A DNA stretch of 64,000 nt from the human T2T-CHM13v2.0 reference genome, Homo sapiens. The translations under genes and the position numbers were made by a program. The notes under the pieces were generated by a model, which worked only from the letters and a program-made list of their open reading frames with translations, did not search any database and had not been told where the DNA came from. Shown here in pieces: positions 40,377 to 52,900 of the stretch. Where the stretch lies: NCBI RefSeq assembly GCF_009914755.1, contig NC_060927.1, one strand, 5' to 3'. Position 1 is the stretch's first letter, and each line of letters starts with the position of its first letter.

Positions 40377-43300
40377 CTATTGTCTATCATTACACGAAGA
40401 AATCCCGTTTACTACGAAGGCCTCAAAGAGGTCCAAATATCCAGCTGCAGACATTACAAACTGAGTGTTTCCAAAGTGCTCTACGAAAAGAAGTGTTAAA
40501 CACTGTGAGTTCAATGCACACATCCCAAAGCAGTTTCTGAGAATGATTCCGTCTATTTTTTCTACGAAGATATTTCCTTTTCTGCCGTTGGCCTCAAAGC
40601 GCTTGAAATCTCCACTTGCAAATTCCACAAAAAGAGAGTTTCAAATCTGCTCTGTCTAAAGGAAGGTTCAACTCTGTGAGTTGAATACACACACACAGAA
40701 AGAATTCACTGAGAATTCTTCTGTCTGGCATTACATGAAGAAATCCCGTTTCCAACGAAGGCCTCAAAGAGGTCCAAATATCCACTTGCAGATTCTGCAA
40801 AAAGAGTGTTTCAAAACCGCTCCATTAAAAGGAATGTTGAACTCTGTGAGTTGAATGCAAACATCACAACTCAGTTGCTGAGAATGCTTCTGACTAGATT
40901 TTATAGTAAGATATTTCCTTTTCTACCGTAGGCTTCAATGCCCTCTAAATACACCCTTGCAATTTCTACAAAGAGACTGTTTCATAACTGCTCTATAGGA
41001 AGAAAGGTTCAACTCTGTGAGTTGAATGCAGAGATCACAACGTGGTTTCTGCGAATGATTCTTTGTAGTTTTTACATGAAGATATTTCGTTGTCAACCGT
41101 AGGCTTCAAAGCACTCAAAGTATTCACTTGGAACTTTTACAAAAAGAGTGTTAGAAAACTGCTCTTTCCAAAGTAAGGTTCAACTCTGTGAGTTGAATGC
41201 ACACATAACAATCAAGAAGTTTCTGAGAATTCTTCTGTCCTGGTTTATATGAAAAAATCCCGTTTCCAACGAAGGCCTCAAAGACGTTTAAATATCCACT
41301 TGCAGACTTCACAAACAGAGTGTTTCCAAACTGCTCTATGAAAAGAAAGGTTAAACTCTGTGAGTTGAACGCACACATCACAAAGTAGCTTCTGAGAATG
41401 ATACTGTCTAGTTTTTATACGAAGATATTTCCTTTCTACCATTGGCGTCAAAGCGCTAGAATTCTCCACTTGCAAATTCCACAAAAAGAGTGTTTCCAAT
41501 CTGCTCTGTCTAAAGGAAGGTTCAACTCTGTGAGTTGAATACACACACACAAAGAAGATACTGAGAATTCCTTTGTCAAGAATTATAAGAAGAAATCCCG
41601 TTTCCAACGAAGGCCTCAAAGAGTTCCAAATATCCACTTGCACACTGCACAAACTAAGTCTTTCCAAACTGCTCTATGCAAAGAAATGTTCAACTCTGTG
41701 AGTTTAATACACACATCACAAAGCAGTTTCTGAGAATGATACTGTCTAGTTTTTATACGAAGATATTTCCCTTTGTACCATTGGCCTCATACTGCTAGAA
41801 TTTTCCACTTGCAAATTCCACAAAAAGAGTGTTTCCAATCCGCTCTGTCTAAAGGAAGGTTCAACTCTGTGAGTTGAATACACACACACAAAGAAGCTAC
41901 TGAGAATTCTTTTGTCAAGAATTATAAGAAGAAATCCCGTTTCCAACGAAGGCCTCAAAGAGTTCCAAATATCCACTTGCACACTGCACAAACTAAGTCT
42001 TTCCAAACTGCTCTATGCAAAGAAATGTTCAACTCTGTGAGTTTAATACACACATCACAAAGCAGTTTCTGAGAATGATACTGTCTAGTTTTTATACGAA
42101 GATATTTCCTTTTGTACCATTGGCCTCATACTGCTAGAATTTTCCACTTGCAAATTCCACAAAAAGAGTGTTTCCAATCCGCTCTGTCTAAAGGAAGGTT
42201 CAACTCTCTGATTTGAATACATACATCCCAAAAGAAGTTACTGAGAATTCTTCTGTCTAGCATTATGTGAAGAAATCCCGTTTCCAACGAAAGCCTCAAA
42301 GAGGTCCAAATATCCAGTTGCAGAATTTACAAACTGACTGTTTCCAAACTCATCTATGAAAAGAAAGGTTAAACTCTGGGAGTTGAATGCACATATCACA
42401 AAGTAGTTCCTGAGAATGATTCTGTCTAGTTTTCATACGAAGATATTTCCTTTTCCACCAATGGCCTCAAAGTGCTTGAAATCTCCCCTTGCAAATTCCA
42501 CAGACAAGTGTTTCAAATCTGCACTGTCTAAAGGAAGGTTCAACCCTGTGAGTTGAATACACACACACAGAAAAAAATTCACTGAGAATTCTATTGTCTA
42601 TCATTACACGAAGAAATCCCGTTTACTACGAAGGCCTCAAAGAGGTCCAAATATCCAGCTGCAGACATTACAAACTGAGTGTTTCCAAAGTGCTCTACGA
42701 AAAGAAGTGTTAAACACTGTGAGTTCAATGCACACATCCCAAAGCAGTTTCTGAGAATCATTCCGTCTATTTTTTCTACGAAGATATTTCCTTTTCTGCC
42801 GTTGGCCTCAAAGCGCTTGAAATCTCCACTTGCAAATTCCACAAAAAGAGAGTTTCAAATCTGCTCTGTCTAAAGGAAGGTTCAACTCTGTGAGTTGAAT
42901 ACACACACACAGAAAGAATTCACTGAGAATTCTTCTGTCTGGCATTACATGAAGAAATCCCGTTTCCAACGAAGGCCTCAAAGAGGTCCAAATATCCACT
43001 TGCAGATTCTGCAAAAAGAGTGTTTCAAAACCGCTCCATTAAAAGGAATGTTGAACTCTGTGAGTTGAATGCAAACATCACAACTCAGTTGCTGAGAATG
43101 CTTCTGACTAGATTTTATAGTAAGATATTTCCTTTTCTACCGTAGGCTTCAATGCCCTCTAAATACACCCTTGCAATTTCTACAAAGAGACTGTTTCATA
43201 ACTGCTCTATAGGAAGAAAGGTTCAACTCTGTGAGTTGAATGCAGAGATCACAACGTGGTTTCTGCGAATGATTCTTTGTAGTTTTTACATGAAGATATT

Positions 43301-44803
43301 TCGTTGTCTACCGTAGGCTACAAAGCACTCAAAGTATTCACTTGGAACTTTTACAAAAAGAGTGTTAGAAAACTGCTCTTTCCAAAGTAAGGTTCAACTC
43401 TGTGAGTTGAATGCACACATAACAATCAAGAAGTTTCTGAGAATTCTTCTGTCCTGGTTTATATGAAAAAATCCCGTTTCCAACGAAGGCCTCAAAGACG
43501 TTTAAATATCCACTTGCAGACTTCACAAACAGAGGGTTTCCAAACTGCTCTATGAAAAGAAAGGTTAAACTCTGTGAGTTGAACGCACACATCACAAAGT
43601 AGCTTCTGAGAATGATACTGTCTAGTTTTTATACGAAGATATTTCCTTTCTACCATTGGCGTCAAAGCGCTAGAATTCTCCACTTGCAAATTCCACAAAA
43701 AGAGTGTTTCCAATCTCCTCTGTCTAAAGGAAGGTTCAACTCTGTGAGTTGAATACACACACACAAAGAACTACTGAGAATTCTTTTGTCAAGAATTATA
43801 AGAAGAAATCCCGTTTCCAACGAAGGCCTCAAAGAGTTCCAAATATCCACTTGCACACTGCACAAACTAAGTCTTTCCAAACTGCTCTATGCAAAGAAAT
43901 GTTCAACTCTGTGAGTTTAATACACACATCACAAAGCAGTTTCTGAGAATGATACTGTCTAGTTTTTATACGAAGATATTTCCTTTTGTACCATTGGCCT
44001 CATACTGCTAGAATTTTCCACTTGCAAATTCCACAAAAAGAGTGTTTCCAATCCGCTCTGTCTAAAGGAAGGTTCAACTCTGTGAGTTGAATACACACAC
44101 ACAAAGAAGCTACTGAGAATTCTTTTGTCAAGAATTATAAGAAGAAATCCCGTTTCCAACGAAGGCCTCAAAGAGTTCCAAATATCCACTTGCACACTGC
44201 ACAAACTAAGTCTTTCTAAACTGCTCTATGCAAAGAAATGTTCAACTCTGTGAGTTTAATACACACATCACAAAGCAGTTTCTGAGAATGATACTGTCTA
44301 GTTTTTATACGAAGATATTTCCTTTTGTACCATTGGCCTCATACTGCTAGAATTTTCCACTTGCAAATTCCACAAAAAGAGTGTTTCCAATCCGCTCTGT
44401 CTAAAGGAAGGTTCAAGTCTCTGATTTGAATACATACATCCCAAAAGAAGTTACTGAGAATTCTTCTGTCTAGCATTATGTGAAGAAATCCCGTTTCCAA
44501 CGAAAGCCTCAAAGAGGTCCAAATATCCAGTTGCAGAATTTACAAACTGACTGTTTCCAAACTCATCTATGAAAAGTAAGGTTAAACTCTGTGAGTTGAA
44601 TGCACATATCACAAAGTAGTTCCTGAGAATGATTCTGTCTAGTTTTTATACGAAGATATTTCCTTTTCCACCAATGGCCTCAAAGTGCTTGAAATCTCCC
44701 CTTGCAAATTCCACAGACAAGTGTTTCAAATCTGCACTGTCTAAAGGAAGGTTCAACCCTGTGAGTTGAATACACACACACAGAAAAAAATTCACTGAGA
44801 ATT
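40377..44803 (-). repeat. Two tandem 13-mer variant HORs (2214 and 2213 bp; deletion plus duplication)
   Basis: Markers 40377, 42591, 44804. Deletion junctions at 40666 and 42880, duplication junctions at 41842 and 44055. 2891-1016+339=2214, and there is a 1-bp deletion near 43770. Confidence 0.93.
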
Positions 44804-47800
44804 CTATTGTCTATCATTACACGAAGAAATCCCGTTTACTACGAAGGCCTCAAAGAGGTCCAAATATCCAGCTGCAGACATTACAAACTGAGTGTTTCCA
44901 AAGTGCTCTATGAAAAGAAGTGTTAAACACTGTGAGTTCAATGCACACATCCCAAAGCAGTTTCTGAGAATGATGCCGTCTATTTTTTCTACGAAGATAT
45001 TTCCTTTTCTGCCGTTGGCCTCAAAGCGCTTGAAATCTCCACTTGCAAATTCCACAAAAAGAGAGTTTCAAATCTGCTCTGTCTAAAGGAAGGTTCAACT
45101 CTGTGAGTTGAATACACACCACAAAAAGAAGTTACTGAGAATTCTTCTGTCTAGCATTATATGAAAAATCCCGTTTCCAACGAAGGCCACAAAGAGGTCC
45201 AAATATCCACTTGCAGATTCTGCAAAAAGAGTGTTTCCAAACTGCTCTATGAAAAGAAACGTTAAACTCTGTGAGTTGAACGCAAACATCACAAAGTAGT
45301 TTCTGAGAATGACTCCGTCTAGTTTTTATACGAAGATATTTCCTTTCCTACCATTCACTTCAAAGCGCTTGAAGTCTCCCCCTGAAAATTCCACAAAAAG
45401 TGTTTCCAATCTGCTCCGCCTAAAGGAAGCTTCAACTCTGTGACTTGAATACCCACAACCCAAAGAAGTTACTGAGAATTCTTCTGTCTAGCATTATATG
45501 AAGAAATCCCGTTTCCAACGAAGGCCTCAAATACATCCAAATATCCAGTTGCTGACTTTACAAACTGAGTGTTTCCAAACTGCTCTATGAAAAGAAAGGT
45601 TAAACACTGTGAGTTGAACACACACGTACCAAAGTAGTTTCTGAGAATGATTCTGTCTAGTTTGCATACGAAGATGTTTCCTCTTCTACCATTGGCCTCA
45701 AAGCTCTGAAATCTCCACTTGCAAATTCCACAAAAAGAGAGTTTCAAATCTGCTGTTTCTAAAGGAAAGTTCAACTCTGAGAGTTGAATACACACCAGAA
45801 AAAGCAGTTACTGAGAAGTCTTCTGTCTAGCATTATATGAAGAAATCCCATTTCCAACGAAGACTTCAAAGAGGTCCAAATATCCACTTGCAGATTCTGC
45901 AAAAAGAGTGTTTCGAAACAACTGTATGAAAAGAAAGGTTAAACACTGTGAGTTGAACGCACACATTGCAAAGCAGTTTCTGAGAATGATTCCGTCTAAT
46001 TATTATACGAAGGTATTTCCTTTTCTATCATTGGCCTCAAAGCGCTTGATACCTCCACCTGAAAATTCCACAAAAAGAGTGTTTCCAATCTACTCTGTCT
46101 AAAGGAACGTTCAACTCTGTGAGTTGAATACACACACACAGAAAGAATTCACTGAGAATTCTTCTGTCTGGCATTACATGAAGAAATCCCGTTTCCAACG
46201 AAGGCCTCAAAGAGGTCCAAATATCCACTTGCAGATTCTGCAAAAAGAGTGTTTCAAAACCGCTCCATTAAAAGGAATGTTGAACTCTGTGAGTTGAATG
46301 CAAACATCACAACTCAGTTGCTGAGAATGCTTCTGACTAGATTTTATGGTAAGATATTTCCTTTTCTACCGTAGGCTTCAATGCCCTCTAAATACACCCT
46401 TGCAAATTCTACAAAGAGACTGTTTCATAACTGCTCTATAGGAAGAAAGGTTCAACTCTGTGAGTTGAATGCAGAGATCACAACGTGGTTTCTGCGAATG
46501 ATTCTTTGTAGTTTTTACATGAAGATATTTCGTTGTCAACCGTAGGCTTCAAAGCACTCAAAGTATTCACTTGGAACTTTTACAAAAAGAGTGTTAGAAA
46601 ACTGCTCTTTCCAAAGTAAGGTTCAACTCTGTGAGTTGAATGCACACATAACAATCAAGAAGTTTCTGAGAATTCTTCTGTCCTGGTTTATATGAAGAAA
46701 TCCCGTTTCCAACGAAGGCCTCAAAGACGTTTAAATATCCACTTGCAGACTTCACAAACAGAGTGTTTCCAAACTGCTCTATGAAAAGAAAGGTTAAACT
46801 CTGTGAGTTGAACGCACACATCACAAAGTAGCTTCTGAGAATGATACTGTCTAGTTTTTATACGAAGATATTTCCTTTCTACCATTGGCGTCAAAGCGCT
46901 AGAATTCTCCACTTGCAAATTCCACAAAAAGAGTGTTTCCAATCTGCTCTGTCTAAAGGAAGGTTCAACTCTGTGAGTTGAATACACACACACAAAGAAG
47001 CTACTGAGAATTCTTTTGTCAAGAATTATAAGAAGAAATCCCGTTTCCAACGAAGGCCTCAAAGAGTTCCAAATATCCACTTGCACACTGCACAAACTAA
47101 GTCTTTCGAAACTGCTCTATGCAAAGAAATGTTCAACTCTGAGAGTTTAATACACACATCACAAAGCAGTTTCTGAGAATGATACTGTCTAGTTTTTATA
47201 CGAAGATATTTCCTTTTGTACCATTGGCCTCATACTGCTAGAATTTTCCACTTGCAAATTCCACAAAAAGAGTGTTTCCAATCCGCTCTGTCTAAAGGAA
47301 GGTTCAACTCTGTAAGTTGAATACACACACACAAAGAAGCTACTGAGAATTCTTTTGTCAAGAATTATAAGAAGAAATCCCGTTTCCAACGAAGGCCTCA
47401 AAGAGTTCCAAATATCCACTTGCACACTGCACAAGCTAAGTCTTTCCAAACTGCTCTATGCAAAGAAATGTTCAACTCTGTGAGTTTAATACACACATCA
47501 CAAAGCAGTTTCTGAGAATGATACTGTCTAGTTTTTATACGAAGATATTTCCTTTTGTACCATTGGCCTCATACTGCTAGAATTTTCCACTTGCACATTC
47601 CACAAAAAGAGTGTTTCCAATCCGCTCTGTCTAAAGGAAGGTTCAACTCTCTGATTTGAATACATACATCCCAAAAGAAGTTACTGAGAATTCTTCTGTC
47701 TAGCATTATGTGAAGAAATCCCGTTTCCAACGAAAGCCTCAAAGAGGTCCAAATATCCAGTTGCAGAATTTACAAACTGACTGTTTCCAAACTCATCTAT

Positions 47801-48033
47801 GAAAAGAAAGGTTAAACTCTGGGAGTTGAATGCACATATCACAAAGTAGTTCCTGAGAATGATTCTGTCTAGTTTTCATACGAAGATATTTCCTTTTCCA
47901 CCAATGGCCTCAAAGTGCTTGAAATCTCCCCTTGCAAATTCCACAGACAAGTGTTTCAAATCTGCACTGTCTAAAGGAAGGTTCAACCCTGTGAGTTGAA
48001 TACACACACACAGAAAAAAATTCACTGAGAATT
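44804..48033 (-). repeat. 19-mer variant HOR (3230 bp)
   Basis: Marker spacing 3230; duplication junction at 47285. Confidence 0.93.
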
Positions 48034-49908
48034 CTATTGTCTATCATTACACGAAGAAATCCCGTTTACTACGAAGGCCTCAAAGAGGTCCAAATATCCA
48101 GCTGCAGACATTACAAACTGCGTGTTTCCAAAGTGCTCTATGAAAAGAAGTGTTAAACACTGTGAGTTCAATGCACACATCCCAAAGCAGTTTCTGAGAA
48201 TGATTCCGTCTATTTTTTCTACGAAGATATTTCCTTTTCTGCCGTTGGCCTCAAAGCGCTTGAAATCTCCACTTGCAAATTCCACAAAAAGAGAGTTTCA
48301 AATCTGCTCTGTCTAAAGGAAGGTTCAACTCTGTGAGTTGAATACACACACACAGAAAGAATTCACTGAGAATTCTTCTGTCTGGCATTACATGAAGAAA
48401 TCCCGTTTCCAACGAAGGCCTCAAAGAGGTCCAAATATCCACTTGCAGATTCTGCAAAAAGAGTGTTTCAAAACCGCTCCATTAAAAGGAATGTTGAACT
48501 CTGTGAGTTGAATGCAAACATCACAACTCAGTTGCTGAGAATGCTTCTGACTAGATTTTATGGTAAGATATTTCCTTTTCTACCGTAGGCTTCAATGCCC
48601 TCTAAATACACCCTTGCAAATTCTACAAAGAGACTGTTTCATAACTGCTCTATAGGAAGAAAGGTTCAACTCTGTGAGTTGAATGCAGAGATCACAACGT
48701 GGTTTCTGCGAATGATTCTTTGTAGTTTTTACATGAAGATATTTCGTTGTCAACCATAGGCTTCAAAGCACTCAAAGTATTCACTTGGAACTTTTACAAA
48801 AAGAGTGTTAGAAAACTGCTCTTTCCAAAGTAAGGTTCAACTCTGTGAGTTGAATGCACACATAACAATCAAGAAGTTTCTGAGAATTCTTCTGTCCTGG
48901 TTTATATGAAAAAATCCCGTTACCAACGAAGGCCTCAAAGACGTTTAAATATCTACTTGCAGACTTCACAAACAGAGGGTTTCCAAACTGCTCTATGAAA
49001 AGAAAGGTTAAACTCTGTGAGTTGAATGCACACATCACAAAGTAGCTTCTGAGAATGATACTGTCTAGTTTTTATACGAAGATATTTCCTTTCTACCATT
49101 GGCGTCAAAGCGCTAGAATTCTCCACTTGCCAATTCCACAAAAAGAGTGTTTCCAATCTGCTCTGTCTAAAGGAAGGTTCAACTCTGTGAGTTGAATACA
49201 CACACACAAAGAAGCTACTGAGAATTCTTTTGTCAAGAATTATAAGAAGAAATCCCGTTTCCAACGAAGGCCTCAAAGAGTTCCAAATATCCACTTGCAC
49301 ACTGCACAAACTAAGTCTTTCCAAACTGCTCTATGCAAAGAAATGTTCAACTCTGTGAGTTTAATACACACATCACAAAGCAGTTTCTGAGAATGATACT
49401 GTCTAGTTTTTATACGAAGATATTTCCTTTTGTACCATTGGCCTCATACTGCTAGAATTTTCCACTTGCAAATTCCACAAAAAGAGTGTTTCCAATCCGC
49501 TCTGTCTAAAGGAAGGTTCAACTCTCTGAGTTGAATACATACATCCCAAAAGAAGTTACTGAGAATTCTTCTGTCTAGCATTATGTGAAGAAATCCCGTT
49601 TCCAACGAAAGCCTCAAAGAGGTCCAAATATCCAGTTGCAGAATTTACAAACTGACTGTTTCCAAACTCATCTATGAAAAGAAAGGTTAAACTCTGTGAG
49701 TTGAATGCACATATCACAAAGTAGTTCCTGAGAATGATTCTGTCTAGTTTTTATACGAAGATATTTCCTTTTCCACCAATGGTCTCAAAGTGCTTGAAAT
49801 CTCCCCTTGCAAATTCCACAGACAAGTGTTTCAAATCTGCACTGTCTAAAGGAAGGTTCAACCCTGTGAGTTGAATACACACACACAGAAAAAAATTCAC
49901 TGAGAATT
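48034..49908 (-). repeat. 11-mer variant HOR (1875 bp)
   Basis: Marker spacing 1875; deletion junction at 48323-48349. Confidence 0.94.
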
Positions 49909-52900
49909 CTATTGTCTATCATTACACGAAGAAATCCCGTTTACTACGAAGGCCTCAAAGAGGTCCAAATATCCAGCTGCAGACATTACAAACTGAGTGT
50001 TTCCAAAGTGCTCTATGAAAAGAAGTGTTAAACACTGTGAGTTCAATGCACACATCCCAAAGCAGTTTCTGAGAATGATTCCGTCTATTTTTTCTACGAA
50101 GATATTTCCTTTTCTGCCGTTGGCCTCAAAGCGCTTGAAATCTCCACTTGCAAATTCCACAAAAAGAGAGTTTCAAATCTGCTCTGTCTAAAGGAAGGTT
50201 CAACTCTGTGAGTTGAATACACACCACAAAAAGAAGTTACTGAGAATTCTTCTGTCTAGCATTATATGAAAAATCCCGTTTCCAACGAAGGCCACAAAGA
50301 GGTCCAAATATCCACTTGCAGATTCTGCAAAAAGAGTGTTTCCAAACTGCTCTATGAAAAGAGACGTTAAACTCTGTGAGTTGAACGCAAACATCACAAA
50401 GTAGTTTCTGAGAATGACTCCGTCTAGTTTTTATACGAAGATATTTCCTTTCCTACCATTCACTTCAAAGCGCTTGAAGTCTCCCCCTGAAAATTCCACA
50501 AAAAGTGTTTCCAATCTGCTCCGCCTAAAGGAAGCTTCAACTCTGTGAGTTGAATACCCACAACCCAAAGAAGTTACTGAGAATTCTTCTGTCTAGCATT
50601 ATATGAAGAAATCCCGTTTCCAACGAAGGCCTCAAATACATCCAAATATCCAGTTGCTGACTTTACAAACTGAGTGTTTCCAAACTGCTCTATGAAAAGA
50701 AAGGTTAAACACTGTGAGTTGAACACACACGTACCAAAGTAGTTTCTGAGAATGATTCTGTCTAGTTTGCATACGAAGATATTTCCTTTTCTACCATTGG
50801 CCTCAAAGCTCTGAAATCTCCACTTGCAAATTCCACAAAAAGAGAGTTTCAAATCTGCTGTTTCTAAAGGAAAGTTCAACTCTGAGAGTTGAATACACAC
50901 CAGAAAAACCAGTTACTGAGAAGTCTTCTGTCTAGCATTATATGAAGAAATCCCATTTCCAACGAAGACTTCAAAGAGGTCCAAATATCCACTTGCAGAT
51001 TCTGCAAAAAGAGTGTTTCGAAACAACTGTATGAAAAGAAAGGTTAAACACTGTGAGTTGAACGCACACATTGCAAAGCAGTTTCTGAGAATGATTCCGT
51101 CTAATTATTATACGAAGGTATTTCCTTTTCTATCATTGGCCTCAAAGCGCTTGATACCTCCACCTGAAAATTCCACAAAAAGAGTGTTTCCAATCTACTC
51201 TGTCTAAAGGAACGTTCAACTCTGTGAGTTGAATACACACACACAGAAAGAATTCACTGAGAATTCTTCTGTCTGGCATTACATGCAGAAATCCCGTTTC
51301 CAACGAAGGCCTCAAAGAGGTCCAAATATCCACTTGCAGATTCTGCAAAAAGAGTGTTTCAAAACCGCTCCATTAAAAGGAATGTTGAACTCTGAGTTGA
51401 ATGCAAACATCACAACTCAGTTGCTGAGAATGCTTCTGACTAGATTTTATGGTAAGATATTTCCTTTTCTACCGTAGGCTTCAATGCCCTCTAAATACAC
51501 CCTTGCAAATTCTACAAAGAGACTGTTTCATAACTGCTCTATAGGAAGAAAGGTTCAACTCTGTGAGTTGAATGCAGAGATCACAACGTGGTTTCTGCGA
51601 ATGATTCTTTGTAGTTTTTACATGAAGATATTTCGTTGTCAACCGTAGGCTTCAAAGCACTCAAAGTATTCACTTGGAACTTTTACAAAAAGAGTGTTAG
51701 AAAACTGCTCTTTCCAAAGTAAGGTTCAACTCTGTGAGTTGAATGCACACATAACAATCAAGAAGTTTCTGAGAATTCTTCTGTCCTGGTTTATATGAAA
51801 AAATCCCGTTTCCAACAAAGGCCTCAAAGACGTTTAAATATCCACTTGCAGACTTCACAAACAGAGTGTTTCCAAACTGCTCTATGAAAAGAAAGGTTAA
51901 ACTCTGTGAGTTGAACGCACACATCACAAAGTAGTTTCTGAGAATGATACTGTCTAGTTTTTATACGAAGATATTTCCTGTCTACCATTGGCGTCAAAGC
52001 GCTAGAATTCTCCACTTGCAAATTCCACAAAAAGAGTGTTTCCAATCTGCTCTGTCTAAAGGAAGGTTCAACTCTGTGAGTTGAATACACACACACAAAG
52101 AAGCTACTGAGAATTCTTTTGTCAAGAATTATAAGAAGAAATCCCGTTTCCAACGAAGGCCTCAAAGAGTTCCAAATATCCACTTGCACAATGCACAAAC
52201 TAAGTCTTTCCAAACTGCTCTATGCAAAGAAATGTTCAACTCTGTGAGTTTAATACACACATCACAAAGCAGTTTCTGAGAATGATACTGTCTAGTTTTT
52301 ATACGAAGATATTTCCTTTTGTACCATTGGCCTCATACTGCTAGAATTTTCCACTTGCAAATTCCACAAAAAGAGTGTTTCCAATCCGCTCTGTCTAAAG
52401 GAAGGTTCAACTCTCTGAGTTGAATACATACATCCCAAAAGAAGTTACTGAGAATTCTTCTGTCTAGCATTATGTGAAGAAATCCCGTTTCCAACGAAAG
52501 CCTCAAAGAGGTCCAAATATCCAGTTGCAGAATTTACAAACTGACTGTTTCCAAACTCATCTATGAAAAGAAAGGTTAAACTCTGTGAGTTGAATGCACA
52601 TATCACAAAGTAGTTCCTGAGAATGATTCTGTCTAGTTTTTATACGAAGATATTTCCTTTTCCACCAATGGCCTCAGAGTGCTTGAAATCTCCCCTTGCA
52701 AATTCCACAGACAAGTGTTTCAAATCTGCACTGTCTAAAGGAAGGTTCAACCCTGTGAGTTGAATACACACACACAGAAAAAAATTCACTGAGATTTCTA
52801 TTGTCTATCATTACACGAAGAAATCCCGTTTACTACGAAGGCCTCAAAGAGGTCCAAATATCCAGCTGCAGACATTACAAACTGAGTGTTTCCAAAGTGC

